This document shows positions 1 to 15,701 of a DNA stretch of 64,000 bases, in pieces. Position 1 is the stretch's first letter. Every line of letters begins with the position of its first letter. Made by a program: the position numbers and the translations under genes. The stretch lies in NCBI RefSeq assembly GCF_009914755.1, contig NC_060944.1; one strand, written 5' to 3'. The stretch comes from the human T2T-CHM13v2.0 reference genome, Homo sapiens. Below the pieces are notes generated by a model that did no database searches, was not told the DNA's origin, and saw only the letters and a list, made by a program, of their open reading frames with translations.

Positions 1-1444
1 TCATGCTATTTTTAGTTTTAGCCTTATAGGGCATTTATAGCCAAATTTTAGCAATCCTTGTTTCCATGTATGTCTTTCACATATTTTCTAGCCCAGTCAT
101 AGTTGAACTCTGCATGTGAAGCAAAATTCTTTAATTGTTTTTTAAAAAAAAAAAAACCTATGAGGCGGCAAGGCTGCCTTTTTGTTGTGTGAACAATGCC
201 GAAACACTCAACTGTAAAGGGATATCTCTGTATTCCATGAGGCACTGCATCTTTAGGCTGCAACATGAAAAGCAGGAGAGAGGAAACCAGTGTTTGTACT
301 TTATCTAGAAACTCACACTCATGAGTTAAATCAAGGGTTTTCTATATTGTTTGAGGAGTACAAGTGTTTTTAATAAAGGAAAAGTTTTGCTATCATTGCT
401 CTTTAGAACAGCTAAAAATTTTGTTGTTTTAATTTGTGAAGATTCTAAGAGATCAACCTGAGATGACATTGCAAGAAACCAGCAAAACAGGTTTGAGGTG
501 ACCTGGGCAACTCTGAGTTTTCTGCAGTCTTTGGGAATTAAACAGGAATCATCAGTTCTTATACATCAGTTCTTAATCTAAATTAAGAAATTTAGATTTG
601 TGTATGATTTTACTCTCTTTTTCTACATTAGGTCACAATTTCCTGTTAGTGCAGGAAACAACTGCAAAGAGTATCTTCCCATTGTGTTGGGCTTAAATTT
701 TTGTTTACCTTTATTATAAATAACACCAAAACAATAAAACAATTGACCTATCCTGAAACTTACTAGTGATAAGGAATACTGAAATTGAATTAAAACCATG
801 TGTTTCTGTCGCCTAATAAATGTTAATCTACTTTAGAGAAATTATATTATTTTCACTGTTAGTACATGAGTGTAGTACGTTTTTACAAAAACAAAGGCAT
901 ATACAGTATCATCAACAAGAGCGTAGAAGAAAATAGGATTAGTGATTTCCAGTTCTCTGCTTAACTCACTGCTCAACAGTTTCCTTCTTGAGTAGATTTG
1001 TAAACCCAAGACCAGAAACTAATGAATGATGGTGTTTAGATTTTTAAAAATTTTTAGACCAAGTTTGAAAAATGGGATAGTTTATATAAAAATTACTGTT
1101 TCTGACTCCTTTTGAACAAAGATCTAGCAACACTGTGCCTATAAACATGAAACAGTCCCCTAAAACCATGGGGGGCTGCTTGCTGTTGACTGGGCTGTGG
1201 TGTGGGTTCCCCATGCCGTTGCACCAGCAGTGGATGAATATGCCCTTACTCCTGGCCCCATCCCTGTCTACAGTCCCCTGGCCACACTGGGTGTTTCCCT
1301 GGGGCCCTTGATGCCAGCCAGTGTTGGCTCTTCTTGACTTATTTCTTCTATTTGTCACAGTACAACTGATTGATACTTATATGAAAGCATTCTTTACCAT
1401 ACTTATTACCTCCTTGCCCTGATGTTTACACTGAAATATTTTTA

Positions 1445-1520
1445 TCTTTCTTTTAGAAATATGAAACTGAGGCAGAAAGAAATGAAATGACTTTCCCAGA
1501 TCACACAGTGAGCCAACATC
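1445..1520 (-). mobile_element. MIR SINE fragment
   Basis: gaaactgaggcagaaagaaatgaaatgactttcccagatcacacag resembles the MIR core. Confidence 0.6.
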
Positions 1521-1715
1521 ATGGTTTCGAGCAAACTTCAGTAGCAAATTTAAATTTGCGGTGTTATTCATGAGCACATATGACATTCCTTTCAACATTC
1601 ACAGCTAAATTAAAAAGCAAAATGAAATGAAATGTTCATTGTTAACTTTTTAATATATATGTTAATTTTTTTGCATTAAATTTGAAGGTTATATCTAATT
1701 TTTTATTTGCTTTAG

Positions 1716-1853
<138 letters not shown>

Positions 1854-2548
1854 TGATTTTGGACAAAAAATAAATAGAATTTCTGCTCCGTAGAGATGGC
1901 AATTATGTTTGACTCTGACTGTCATGTTAGTATAGTGATACATTTTAAAAATATGTCCTAATGAAGATACTTTGTTTGGGTAAAGAAAATTAACTGAAGA
2001 GCCCTCAGGACTTTTAATGGTAGGCAAAATGTATAAAAATAGCAAATAAAACATTCCTAAGGAAACTGTAAATTGTTTAAAGGATTGTTTTTTATTTTTA
2101 AGGTTTTTTTATTTTTAGTAGACTTAATAATTGTACACATTCATAGGATACAGAGTGATATTTTGATACGTGTATACAATGTGTAATTTTCAAATTAGAG
2201 TAATTAGCATATCTATCACCTGAGCATTTATCATTTCTTTGTGTTGTGAGCATTTAAAATCCTCACTTATGTTTTTTTAAAAAATATACAATAAATTAAT
2301 GTTAACCATATTTACCCTATAGTGCTATAGAACACTAGAACTTACTCTAGTGGTAGTCTTATATCCATTAGCTAACCTCTTCCTATCCTTCCCTTCCCCA
2401 TCCTTCCTAGTCTTCTAATACTCACAACTCTGATTGTATGAGCTCAATTTTTTTTATAAATAGCTTCTACATATGAGTGAGAACATGTGATATTTTATTT
2501 TCTTATTTTCTGATTACATCATCAAATTTTAATATGTCTATATATCTA

Positions 2549-2888
2549 TTTTTCTTTTTTCTTTTTTTTTTTTTGGTTATAGTAGTAAGTTCTTAAGTGG
2601 TGATTTGTGAGATTTTGGTGCACCCATCACCCAAGCAGTATACACTAAACCTGATTTGTAGTCTTTTATCCCTCACTCCCTTCCCCACCTTTCTCTCTGA
2701 GTCCCCAAAGTCTATTGTGCCATTCTTAATGCCTTTGCATCGTCATAGTTTAGCTCCCACTTACAAGTTTGGCTTTCCATTCCTGAGTTACTTCACTTAG
2801 AATAATAGTCTCAAGTCCCATCCAGGTTGCTGAGAATGCCATTAATTCATTCCTTTTTATGGCTGAGTAGTATTCCATCGTGTATGTG
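2549..2888 (-). mobile_element. L1PB-like 3' end nested in the L1MA
   Basis: Poly(T) at 2549-2574 followed by gtggtgatttgtgagattttggtgcacccatcacccaagcagtatacact, typical of the L1PB 3' UTR. Confidence 0.7.
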
Positions 2889-2937
2889 TGCCGGACTTAC
2901 TTCACTTAATTTCCTTTGGGCTCATCCGTGTTGCTAT

Positions 2938-3725
2938 TGAAACAGGAAAAGATACCTTATCCCTGAAACAGGGCGTGGGATGGGGATGTGTCATCGGTGC
3001 CCTGCGGCTCAACCCTTAGGGGAACATACAGACGGGCAGTTCATAGGAAGCATGGGCTCCAATCCTGCAGCAGCGTCTAGGGTTGAGTGTTTACAGATCC
3101 TCAAGCCCCAGTGGGCGTGTGTTACAATGTGCTTTTTCAGTTTAGCCGTCTGCAGGCGGGTTGCGTTAATCTACTCGATTAGGCCCTCTGCCTTATCTCA
3201 AGGACAGAGGGCTTTCTGTATCCCGGGTTCTTGCCTTGGTGTACCGGAAATACTGGATCACACGTGGGCTTGGAGAATGGGTGCAAGGTTTTACTGAGTG
3301 GAGGTGGCTCTCCGCGAGGTGAATGGAGAGGCCAGAAGGGGGATCTAGTGGGAAGGTGGTCTTCCCCTGGAGTTGGGCCGCCCAGCTGCCGGACTCTCCG
3401 ACTGCCCCTGGCAGAATTTCACGTTATCCCGCTGTCCATGGCCTGCCGGAATCTGCTGGTGCCTGTCAGAACAACTTCTTCCGTTCCTCTGCTCCTCTTG
3501 TTGTCCAGCCGCCTGTGTGTGTGCCCGCTAGGGTCTCGGGGGGTTTTATAGGCACAAGATGGGGGGCGTGGTAGGCCATGGTGTTCTTGGAAAATACAAC
3601 ATTTGGGCGTGAAAACAGGAGTGCCTGTCCTCACCTAGGTCTGTGGGCACAGGCCCAAGGGTGGAGCCCTCACCAGGGACCCTGCCCTTCTCTACCCAGC
3701 ACTTCCTTGCCCCTCTCCCATATCA
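2938..3725 (-). mobile_element. ERV1-class solo LTR (LTR1/LTR27/MER52-like group)
   Basis: TG...CA termini, imperfect 4-bp TSD ctat/ccat, GC-rich body and a minus-strand TATAAAA at about 3544-3550. It cleanly interrupts the L1. Confidence 0.82.
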
Positions 3726-6259
3726 CCATGAATGACAGATTTTATTTTATTTATTTATTTTTTTGTATATATTGCTGAATAGTATTCCATTGTGTATACA
3801 TACAGCACGTTTTCTTTATCCATTCATCTGGTGATGAACATTTAGATTGATTCCGTTATCTTAGCTATTGTGAGTAGCACTGCAGTAAGCAAGGGGGTAC
3901 AGATCTCTTCAATATACTGATTTTCTTCTTTTGTTAAAATACCTAGTAGGGAGATTGGTGGGTCATATGGTAATTCTATTTGTAGATTTTTGAGGAACCT
4001 CCAAATTGTTCTCCATAATGGTTGTACTAATTTAAATTCCCGTGAATCATGTATATGAGTTCCTTTTTCTTCACATCCTTGCCAGCACTTGTTAGTTTTT
4101 GTCTTTTTGATAATAGCCATCCTAACTGCGGTGAGATATCTAATTGTGGTTTTGATTTGCATTTCCCTGATGATTAATAACGTTAAGCAATGTTTCATAT
4201 ACTTGTTGGCCATGGGTATGTCTTCCTTTGAGAAATATTCAAATCCTTTGCACATTTTAAAATCAGATTCGCTTATTTGCTATTGAGTTATTTGAGTTCT
4301 TTGTATATTATGGACATTAGTCCCTTGTCAGATTAATAGTTTGCAAATACTGTCTTCCATTCTACAGGTTGTCTCTTCATGCTGTTGATTGTTTCCTTTG
4401 CTGTATAGAAGATTTTTAGTTTGATATAGTCCCATTTTTCTATTTTTGTTTTTATTGCTTGTGCTTTTGAAGTCTGATTCATAAAATCCTTGCCTAGACC
4501 AATGTCTTGAAGAGTTTCCTCTGGGTTTTCTTCTAGTAGTTTTTTAGTTTTTGGGTCTTAAATTCAAGTCTTTAATTCATTTTGAGTTGATTTTTGTATC
4601 CAGTGAGAGATAGGGGCCCAGTTTCATTCTTCTGCATATGGATATCCGGTTTTCCCAGCAGCATTTATTAAAGAAAGTGTCCTTTCCCCTAATATGGTTC
4701 TTGGCACCTTTGTTAAAAATCAGTTGGCTCTAAATAAGTGAACTTATTTCTGGGTTCTCTATTCTGTTCCATTGCTCTATGTGTCTGTTTTTATAACCAT
4801 ACCATGCTGTTGTGGTTACTATAGCTTTGTAGTATATTTTGAAATCAGGTAGTATGATGTTTCCAGCTTTGTTCTTTTGCTCACAGTTGCTTTGGCTATT
4901 TGGGTCTTTTGTGGTTCCATACAAATTATAGTGTTACTTTCTTCTATTTCTGTGAAGAATGTCATTGGTATTTTGGTAGGGATTGGTTAATAAATGCTTA
5001 GACTCTTGCTAAACTGTCAATTTCTAAAAGGTATGAGCATTGTGGACCCAGCTCGACCACAGGATTGATTTTCACTGATGACAGAGGTTCATTTTGTTCT
5101 AGGCTGTGTAGATCTAGACACCTGCAGGGACAAGAGGGACACGCCATGGTATACCACCGTCTTATATTGTTTATTAACAGCATCACTAAAAACAGAAATT
5201 GATTCATGCTTTTACTTTGTCATCAGTGCCAAAAACATCTCTCTATACATTTATCTAACTGCCTGTTTTCAGCTGATCCTATAGTCTTTTAAGCCTGTTT
5301 CAAAACCAAGTTCAAAACCACTAACCAAAAAGCCATGCCTATTTCCTCCTCAGTCTTCAGTTCTATGTCTCATGTTCCCTGAAAATAGAGTTGTTGTTTC
5401 TGTGTAGGTAGTTTGGATGAATGTGGATTGTTTATGCTTTTGTGTAAATTGGATATCTTCTCTCATTTGCATGAGTTCCTTACCTTTTGTTACATTTCCA
5501 GATCCATATATTGGAATATGCCTCAACTTGGGTATATATACTTAATATACAACCCTGGATAAGCTGAAGTCTCTAGGCTGGTGACTTTGCTCATTGCTAT
5601 AATAATATTAATATTTTTTATGCTTTGAGATTTCTTTATAAACAATTTGCATAAATGACTTGGAGGCTGTTTTTCCAATTATATGATATAAAGGAGTATG
5701 AAAATTACTCACAAACTTGGTCAAAGAACAGCATAGTACAGACATTGCCAATAGCCTCATTGTTTTTAAGAGTTACTGAAAATTTATTTCAGTATCAGTA
5801 AAAATTAATGGTATAAGGCTTTTTAAAGACTTGACTGTCAATTCCCATCAATTCTGCCTCACTAATGTTTTTTCCTCTTAACCTTGCCAATATTGGGTAT
5901 TACCAGTGTTTTTAATTTTTGCCAGACTGACAGTCCAAAAATCAAAAAAGGAGATATTGTGCTTTTTGATTTTTATTTATCTGTGTGTTTTTATGTGTTT
6001 ACTGACAGAACTGCATATTTATAGTTTAGGTTTGTGGTTTTTGCCTTTTCCCTCCTAATTTTTTTTTTCCTTTTGTCACTCCCTTGGTCGAGGCCCGTCT
6101 TGATCAGCTCTTAAATTAATGCCACAGCCTGTGATTTTCCTCTTAATTCATCCACACCTCTGCTGCCAGAGTGGCCTTTTGAAGGCAAAAATGTGATAGC
6201 TCCCAGCTTGAAACCCTCTGTGGTCAGGAACCTTAGTTGCCTGACATTCTTTATTTCAC

Positions 6260-6680
6260 TTTTTCTCTGCTTGAGACTAGCCAGAGTGGGTCTGGCTCTT
6301 AAGCAGAGAAGAAGTTGATTAAAGATATTAGATAGCTCATAGGATCTCGGGGAGTGCTGGAGAGCCCTGTTGTGAAGCTACGCAAAACAGCCTCAGCCAT
6401 GAGTCGGGGACAGCTTTGAGACATGCTCCCTGTGATGCTTAGGACCACGTATCAGAAGCTTTGCCGAGCCTCATCCTCTGCCCCACCCTGCAGAGACTGA
6501 CTGCCCGGCCTGTGGCCACAGCCTTGTGCTGTTTTTTCCCTTTTGAGTCCACCACAAGGCAAAACTAGATTTCATGGTTGTCTCCTAGTTACAAGTGAGT
6601 CAGGGGAGGCAAAATGTTTGGCTTTTACCTTGGGAAAGTGACACTTATAAAATGTGGAAAGTCATCAAAACATAGGATGA
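6260..6680. mobile_element. Possible old ERVL/MaLR-type LTR, perhaps the 3' LTR of the adjacent ERV
   Basis: cttaagcagagaagaagttgattaaagatattagatagctcatagga resembles ancient ERVL/MaLR LTR ends. Termini are not resolved. Confidence 0.35.
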
Positions 6681-8264
6681 TGGTCAACAATTTTGAGTGG
6701 GTGGACACAAGTTACAAATATCCACTAATAACTTTCCTCTTGGCTTCCTTCTTCCATGAGCTTCTAATCAGTAACAACAAGCTATTGCCTAACAGCCTGA
6801 CTTTCCCAACTACAAAGGAAATGTGCTCACCACATATCCTTCAAAAGAGATGACCCAGAGTCTCAAGTCCCAGCTCCAAGTCCAGGACTTCTAAGTGATG
6901 TTTACTCCCCTTCTAGTTCATTCCCAGCCCATATTTGTTAACTTTTCAACTAAATAATGAAGTGAACTACTGCCAACAAACCTTAAATAAAATAGTAGGG
7001 AAACAGCCAAAAAAGTAACTGATGTATAAATAAATACATGATGCAGCAAAGGACAGTGAGGTAGGTAGATGCTACCATTCTAATTTCTGTAACTGTGAAA
7101 TAAGTAGTTGATGTTTGTATCTTCCCTCCTCTATTTATTTTGTATTCCCTGTGTTCTTCGCCTGTAACTCATCTGATTAGCATTCTTTACCTTCATTCCC
7201 CCAGGATTTGAGCTGCCAGTGGTCCTGCCTTGATGAGATTGCCATTGTTTTAGTTAACTTTTAGCACTGGGTATGTTTCACCAGGTAGAACTGATTACAT
7301 TTTTTTTTTTTTTTTTTTTTTTTTTTTGTCTATATACCTCTCTCCCTCCATTCATCTCATCATGAGCCAGCATTTCAACTCCCCTTTGGCCTGTTTGTAT
7401 ATTGCCATAAAGAGCCTGAAACAGTCACATGGTACTTTGAACTTTCAGCCCGATTCATTGTTATCATCTGTGTTATAATCATCCTTTGAGTACTAAGGAA
7501 GCAGAGTCATGGGGATGGAACGTAAACGTTTGCTGAGGTGGTCACCTCGCTTTTCCAGTCCTTCGTTCCAGGAACCATGTATCTGGCCAAGGTAGCACAT
7601 GTTCTGCTGGTCGGAGCCTATATTGCATCCCTTAGGACCTTACTCCAGTTCTACAAGGTCCTGCCTCATAATTTGCATCACAACTGAGTTTTCAATAGAC
7701 CTTTCCACCATTGAGTAAGGCCAGCTGCAGTTGAGCTGTGCTTGATTGTTTGTAAGACCATTGAATTTTACAAGCCTACTGTCTTATTTTGTTTCCTGTA
7801 AAATGAGCTGCTTTGTCAGAATCGCAGTGGTGGTGATGGCAAGTGAGGCCTTCCTGAAGTCTGTGGATGATGTGGCTGGCAGAAACATGGCAGACATACA
7901 GGGCACATCCAAATCCAGAAGAAAGCTCCATTTTAGTGAAGATAAGGCATTGGCTCCTCTGTGATGAAAGAGGTCAAATGTCATCTACCCACCATCACTG
8001 GCCTATCTCCCTATGAAATGAGAGTTGGTGGCAAGGCTCAGATTAATTGCTATTGCTGGCAAATTGGGCATTTGGCAGAGCTCAGTCTTGGGTAGGTTAA
8101 GTCTGTGTTGAGCCCTAGCAGAACATTCATCCATGCCTCCATGGCCACATTGCTTATGAGCCCTTTGAGCAGGTACTTTGGCAGCTAGGGAAAGAGGCCA
8201 GCCAGCATCCATGGGGTATGTCACCTTGTCTTACTCATTATAAGAACCTCTCCTGAATGGGGCT

Positions 8265-8639
8265 TGCTGTGGTGTGAAGTATCCCCCAAAATTCACACAT
8301 TGGAAATGGTCCCCAATGCAATAGTGTTAGAAGGTGGGGAAAGTATTTGCATATGAAGGCAGAGCCTTCATAAATAGTTTAATGTTGTTTTAAAAGGGCT
8401 TGATGGAGGCCTTTTTGCCCTTCCTCCTTCTGCCGTGTGAGGATACAGCATTCCTTCCCTCTGGAGGACTCAGTGTTCAAGGCACCATCTTGGAAACAGA
8501 GATCAGACTCTCGCCAGACCTGCTGGTGCCTGGTGCCTTGATCTTGGACTTCTCATCCTCCACAACTGTGAGGACGTAAATTTCTATTCTTTATTCTAGT
8601 TTGTGGTATTTTGTTTTAGCAACACAATAGACTAAGACA
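8265..8639 (+). mobile_element. MaLR solo LTR (MSTD/MLT1A-like)
   Basis: Runs tgctgtgg...agactaagaca with a perfect 5-bp TSD gggct (8260-8264 and 8640-8644). Confidence 0.88.
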
Positions 8640-10135
8640 GGGCTCTTTGGAGAACTTTCACAAAATGTATAAATATTCTCACACTCTATATAACTTTTCC
8701 CCAAATATTTATGTCACCAGTTCTTGATGACCCTCTCTTCAAACTATTAACCACTGCCAGTGAATCAGTATATATTTGTTTCTCAGGCCATCTCTCCTTA
8801 TAGGCCACATAGACCCAAAATATACCACTCAACAGTCTGCTCACTGGACAGATTTTTCTTTTCCACCCTGAGTGAGGTTATATCATCACATTCATTCACT
8901 TCTGGCTAGTACCATCCCATTGGGCAGTGCCACTGATTAGGCACAAATTTTTATCTGTTCATAACTGGCGAGTGAAGCTATTGCCTTTTCAGGTCTCTCA
9001 TAGTGGTCAGAGAAACACACAGACATACTCATTGATGTTTGTGCCTATTTCTTAGTAGTAAGGGGTACAAGGTGTAAAAAACTTGACTTTCCTTTTAGAT
9101 GAGCTTTTTCCTGTGCACCAGGCCATTGTACATTCAGAAACTGTATTTTGAAAGGCTTTATCTGTCACCATCTGACATGCCTGTGTCTTAGCATGACAGC
9201 TAGAATACACGCCACCTTGTGCTGTGTAAGTCCTATCATAATGCCTTTGGTGTGGTAGACCAGAACAATGTCCTGCAAGATAGTGAGATAATGAAGTTCC
9301 CTGTAGATTCAGTAGTGTCACTGAAGCAGAATGTCAACAGAGCAATGAGGCAAAACAGTGAAGCTGCGTGACTTTCTCTGCCAGTAGATAGAAACCTGCT
9401 TCTGTGTTCGCTGTTCACTGAGATAGAAAAAAACAGATTTTGCTGCCTCTGTAGTACTGATGCTAGGTGCTGTAGTTCTCCAGCTGAGAGATCGCCTCTG
9501 GAAGAATCTCTGGCTAATTAAACTTATATTAACCTTCCATCATTCTGTAAGACTCATCTGTGTTCTGCTTTACCAAAGAGGAAAGTGAGATAAGACCATA
9601 TGAAAGATGCTCATGGATGTTTCAGGTTTCTCATGGCGGCAGATCTCTTTGATCTCCTAGGGATTAATACTGATTTTAGTTTACAATTTTGGTGGGATGG
9701 GAGAAGTTCCAGAAACTTTCACCTAGCCCATAATTACTGTAATAGTTCTCACTCCCTGAAACATGAATTCCAACTGTGGATTCTGTCAGTTGCAGAATAA
9801 ACCTATCCCAAGGATACACTCAGCAACTGGGAAGACAACTGCAGATTTTTACAGTCATGCTGTGCCCTTCGTGAGATGAATTTAAGCCACATTTCTAGAT
9901 GTCACCCTCTGGTGGATCACAGCAATAATCAGGAACCCAAGAATTATCTCAGAGCCAATGCCTAATCCTCCTCAAAAGTTCGAATATTTCTCTTTTTCCC
10001 TTGTGCAAATACCTTAGTAATCTCTGTTGATCCCACGTGGAAGATTTAAAGGATGCACTTGTAACGTTATTGAAGGGTCCTTACTTGAGGACTGCCTGGC
10101 TCTCCTTTCGAGGAGAAAATAAGTCCGTGTACTGA

Positions 10136-11014
<879 letters not shown>

Positions 11015-11290
11015 TACAGTTTAAGTAGAGTCTAAGTATGTTCTCCGTCTTATTTGGAGGTATGGACATAATCAATTAACTGGTAAGCCAGAGACAGCTC
11101 TGGGGTGCACCACTCTGAAAGGGTTCTGACCAAGGTCACCACTGGATCATGGCCCTCCAGTAGACCAAGTGACTTGTCCAGCCATGTGCTTAAATTGACT
11201 ACAAATTTCTACTCACCCAGTTACCAACTGCCCCACCTTTACTCTTGAGCTTTGGTACTGTGCAGACATCATATCTGTTCCAGCTGTTAA

Positions 11291-12149
<859 letters not shown>

Positions 12150-12439
12150 GCATCACCCTTTTTTATTGGGCAGCATAAAAGTGACCTTGTGGAGTTGGGG
12201 GTGGCAAACATTTGAGTCCCAGGTTCGGGCACCGAGCAGTCTGGCTGCTTAGGAGTATGCTGGACAAGCCAGTTGCCCAGGACCTGGAGGCTTTTGCAGT
12301 CTTCCAGCTAGACCTGCAGTCGGCTGAGTTCAGGAGGATCCTCTCTCCCCAGGGACTAGGAGTCATTATTCCCAGATGGCCTTGGCCAGCAAACCCAGAG
12401 AGTGCCCATGGTCATTGATCAGCTTGTCACTCTCCCCTA

Positions 12440-12770
12440 ACTCCATCCCCAGAGTGTGCTGCTGTCTCACCCTGGGCTTCTGCACACACTGCTTCTGCTC
12501 CCCTGTGTGTGCCCTCCTCATCCTCCAGCCTGTGCTCAGGTATCACCTCCTCCAAGGAGCCTTATCTGATTCTGTGTAGCTTCTCTCTCAAGAGCACTTC
12601 CCTTCCTCTCTCCCTGCTCACCCTCTGGTGTAGCAGCACTCATTGTTCCAGTTGCTTCCCTGCCTCACAGATAGGCTTCAGTTTCATTGAGGACAGGAGT
12701 CTTGTCCTGTTCAGCACCCACTGCAGAGCCTGTCAGAGCACAAGTGTTGGGAGAAATAAATGAATTGTTA
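12440..12770 (+). mobile_element. L2 LINE 3' fragment
   Basis: tatcacctcctccaaggagcctt...ttgaggacaggagtcttgtc...aaataaatgaat, the L2 terminus pattern. Confidence 0.55.
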
Positions 12771-13179
12771 CGGCTCACAGGTCCCATTTTCTTTGCTGAG
12801 ACTTTACAGCATGTTTCCATTGCAACATCTCTTGCCCCTTACACAAAACACAGAGATGAAAGTGGCCTGTGAATTACAAATTATTGAATAGCTTTTCTCA
12901 TCTGGTTTTCAGAAAGTCAAAACCACAACTTACCCCAGTGTAAGATTAGGCTGCAACATCTTCTGACTCCAGGGACAGGAAATACCTTCCCTTCAGCCCC
13001 ACCCCACCCCAGGTCTTTGTTAGTATTACTATCCTGCCCAGGTACCTTACCGAGCGTCCACCCCTCGGATGCTGGCTCTGGGTTAGATCTTCCACCTACC
13101 CATGGCAGATCCCTGAGACAGTCCTTTCTAGCCAGGCTTCTTAGCCCTTCTTTTAACCATTCCTAAGCTTTAGAACCCT

Positions 13180-13290
13180 TTCTCTACAGATGAGAGCCAG
13201 ATTTGTGGTTCAAGTAACTTGCCCAAAGATCAGATACTAGCTAGGAAGTGTCAGAGGCCACATGAAAACTCCACTGTCTGACACCGGGTT
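13180..13290 (-). mobile_element. MIR fragment
   Basis: tacagatgaga...aagtaacttgcccaaagatc...ctgtctgac. Confidence 0.55.
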
Positions 13291-15701
13291 TGTCCTCATT
13301 GCTTTGGTATCCCTATTAAGGAGAGTATTGTATGTTTATGTGGTTTTTTTAAATACAATTTTCCTCTAATCATAAAAACACATCTGTCTTTAAATTAACT
13401 AGGAGCAGTATTCTGCTTGAATTACCATGTGGGTATCTTGGTTTAAAGTTCATATTCTCTATTCTCTGATCATGAGATGGAAAGGGAGAAATAGACCCCC
13501 AAACAGAGCTCATCTTCCAGCTGTAAGCACTTGCCTCAATGCATTTTGTCTAAATAGGGTTCAGGACATTTTTCTGTTTGTGGAACAGTAACAGTAAATT
13601 TTTTTTACTGCCTATTATTCTATTCTGTATAACCTTTTCTTGTAGTTAACATCTAAGAAACCCAGTCCTTTGGAAAATGCCATAAAATAAATTAAATTTT
13701 CCTGGGTACTGTGGTTTCTGTCTGCAGTGGCCTGCTTTTTGGCATTTCTTCTAAGCTGAATGCTTCTCTAAAATCTTAGCTTATATCTGTAGCCAAAGTA
13801 CCTAGCCCTCTGCTCACCCTTCTGTGGCATCCGAGGTATCTTTGGTGAACATTCAAGGACGAATTACCAAGGTGTTCTCTCTCTTCGTCAACACTCACCT
13901 CCCAAGCAGCGTTCTGTGGTGGGGCACATTACCACCATGTTGGGGAATCAGTGTGTGTTCACACGACAAGAGGCGAAAAAGAAAAAGACAAGAATTGCCA
14001 AAACAAGCAAATTTTTCCTATTCTTTCCTCTGTCTGAGAAATGTTCCTCAACTTTCCCCAACACCCGATGCATGATACCTGCCAAAAAAAGCTTTCTCCT
14101 TGCTCTTCAGACACAGGCTCATTGTGAGCCATTCTCCCCGGCATCCCCGCGAGTGCAAATTTGTGTATGTGGTGTTTTGTTTTGTATTTATTTTCCCAGC
14201 CCTTTGAAAACAGGGCCTTTTCCTATTTAAAATAAATTTCAGAAGTGAAATACTTTTTCCCTTTTGAGAGCCCAGCCCTTCCTCCATACAAACCTTCAGG
14301 CATTTTCAGAGGACAATGAAAACTTGCTCTAAAACACCATCCATAGACTTCCCTTCAGTCAGTGTTTTTCTCACACATTAACAACAAAATAACAAGTACT
14401 GTACATCCAACCACTGTGATCCCTGAATAAACATAGGCCCTTGACAAGTAATTCTATTTTTAAGAGTCATTTTTTATGTGAGTCAGTTATTACAATGGGC
14501 AGTTAGAATGTGCTCCTATTGTGCACACCCATGCACAGTAGGAATGGAACTGTACCGCAGTCACAGAGCAAGCTAGGTAGTTCTCTGACTTCCACAGCAG
14601 ACATGGAGGAGGACTAAGAGGGGAAGAAATAGTCACTCATGTGGTTTTAGCAACAGTCAAACTGCACAGCACATTTTCAGTTGTCTGCTGTTCTATTAAA
14701 TATTTTTACTGTTTAGACATTGTATTTTTTCTATTCACAGCCCTTTACAAATAGAAGTGGATTTCCCTAGATCTCTCATAAAGCACTGTGGAAACGTGTT
14801 TTCTTTTTACAAATGTTTAAATAGCTTTGGTTATTATTTACATTTCTTCCCATAATGGACTCAATCAAAACATTTTATAGGCTTTTATCCACACATGTAA
14901 AGCTTGAAAGGGCAATAATGAGAAAGCAAATGCCAATAAGTTGTCTGGTGAATGTGCTGCAATTTCAACAAAGATTATTTTTTCAGGAATGGGTAATTTG
15001 TAAAACTTGAAGTTTTATACTTTTTACCAAAAGTGTGCTAAAGCACCAATGACAACACAAAATGCTTTGCTTTCTCAAAAACTGGGGAAACTTCTCTAAC
15101 CACTTATTACAGTAAATGGAAAGTAAACAAAATTTCTAAACTTTCAAGGGTAATGTTTCCACTTGTTATCATCACCTGTTATGGACATAGCCAGAGTTGC
15201 AGTGACTGATACTTTTGTCTACTTTTAATTTTTACAAGAAATTAAAATTCAAAAAAACGTGATGTACAAATCTTCCAGAAAGGTTAGAATTGTTTTGACC
15301 AGAGGTTGTCAAACTTCAATTTGAACCATTACAAGACCTTTCCCATGTAAGTATAAACCTTATTAGAATGATCCTGTTGGCCTGCTGTGAACATACTGCT
15401 TCTTTCTCTCCCATCTCACCCATCTGAACCCACTACCCCACACATCAGAAAGATAATTTTTCCATCATAAAACAAAGTTCATATTGCCTTTGTTCTGCTT
15501 CAAATTACAATGCCAGTTCTGATGGAGCTTTTATGGTGACACAACTCCAGTATTACTTTTGCATCTGCTTGGGCTTGTTCACATTTACAACCAGACTTTC
15601 GGCATATCTGGGAACTGGAAAGCTCACAACAGCTCTACCAAATACCCCAGGACTCTTAGATTCTTGAAAGATCTCTGTTACCAAATGCTACTTTCCAAGA
15701 C

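Larger units (their letters stand above)
2105..4985 (-). mobile_element. L1MA-type LINE-1 3' portion (3' UTR and end of ORF2), interrupted by a younger L1 fragment and an LTR
   Basis: L1 3' UTR sequence at 2105-2500. ORFs 3842-4255 and 4730-4924 translate to L1 ORF2 C-terminal remnants ([30 protein letters not shown]). The L1 sequence joins up across the LTR. Confidence 0.9.

Noticed and set aside
1504-1512. CACAGTG heptamer as a cryptic RAG recombination signal
   Set aside because: No convincing nonamer at a 12- or 23-bp spacing, and the heptamer is common by chance.
3842-4255. 137-aa ORF resembling an L1 ORF2 C-terminus
   Set aside because: Decayed L1 fragment; not a gene and not an active element.
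7299-7327. Long poly(T) as another poly(A)-only insertion
   Set aside because: No flanking target-site duplication is visible.
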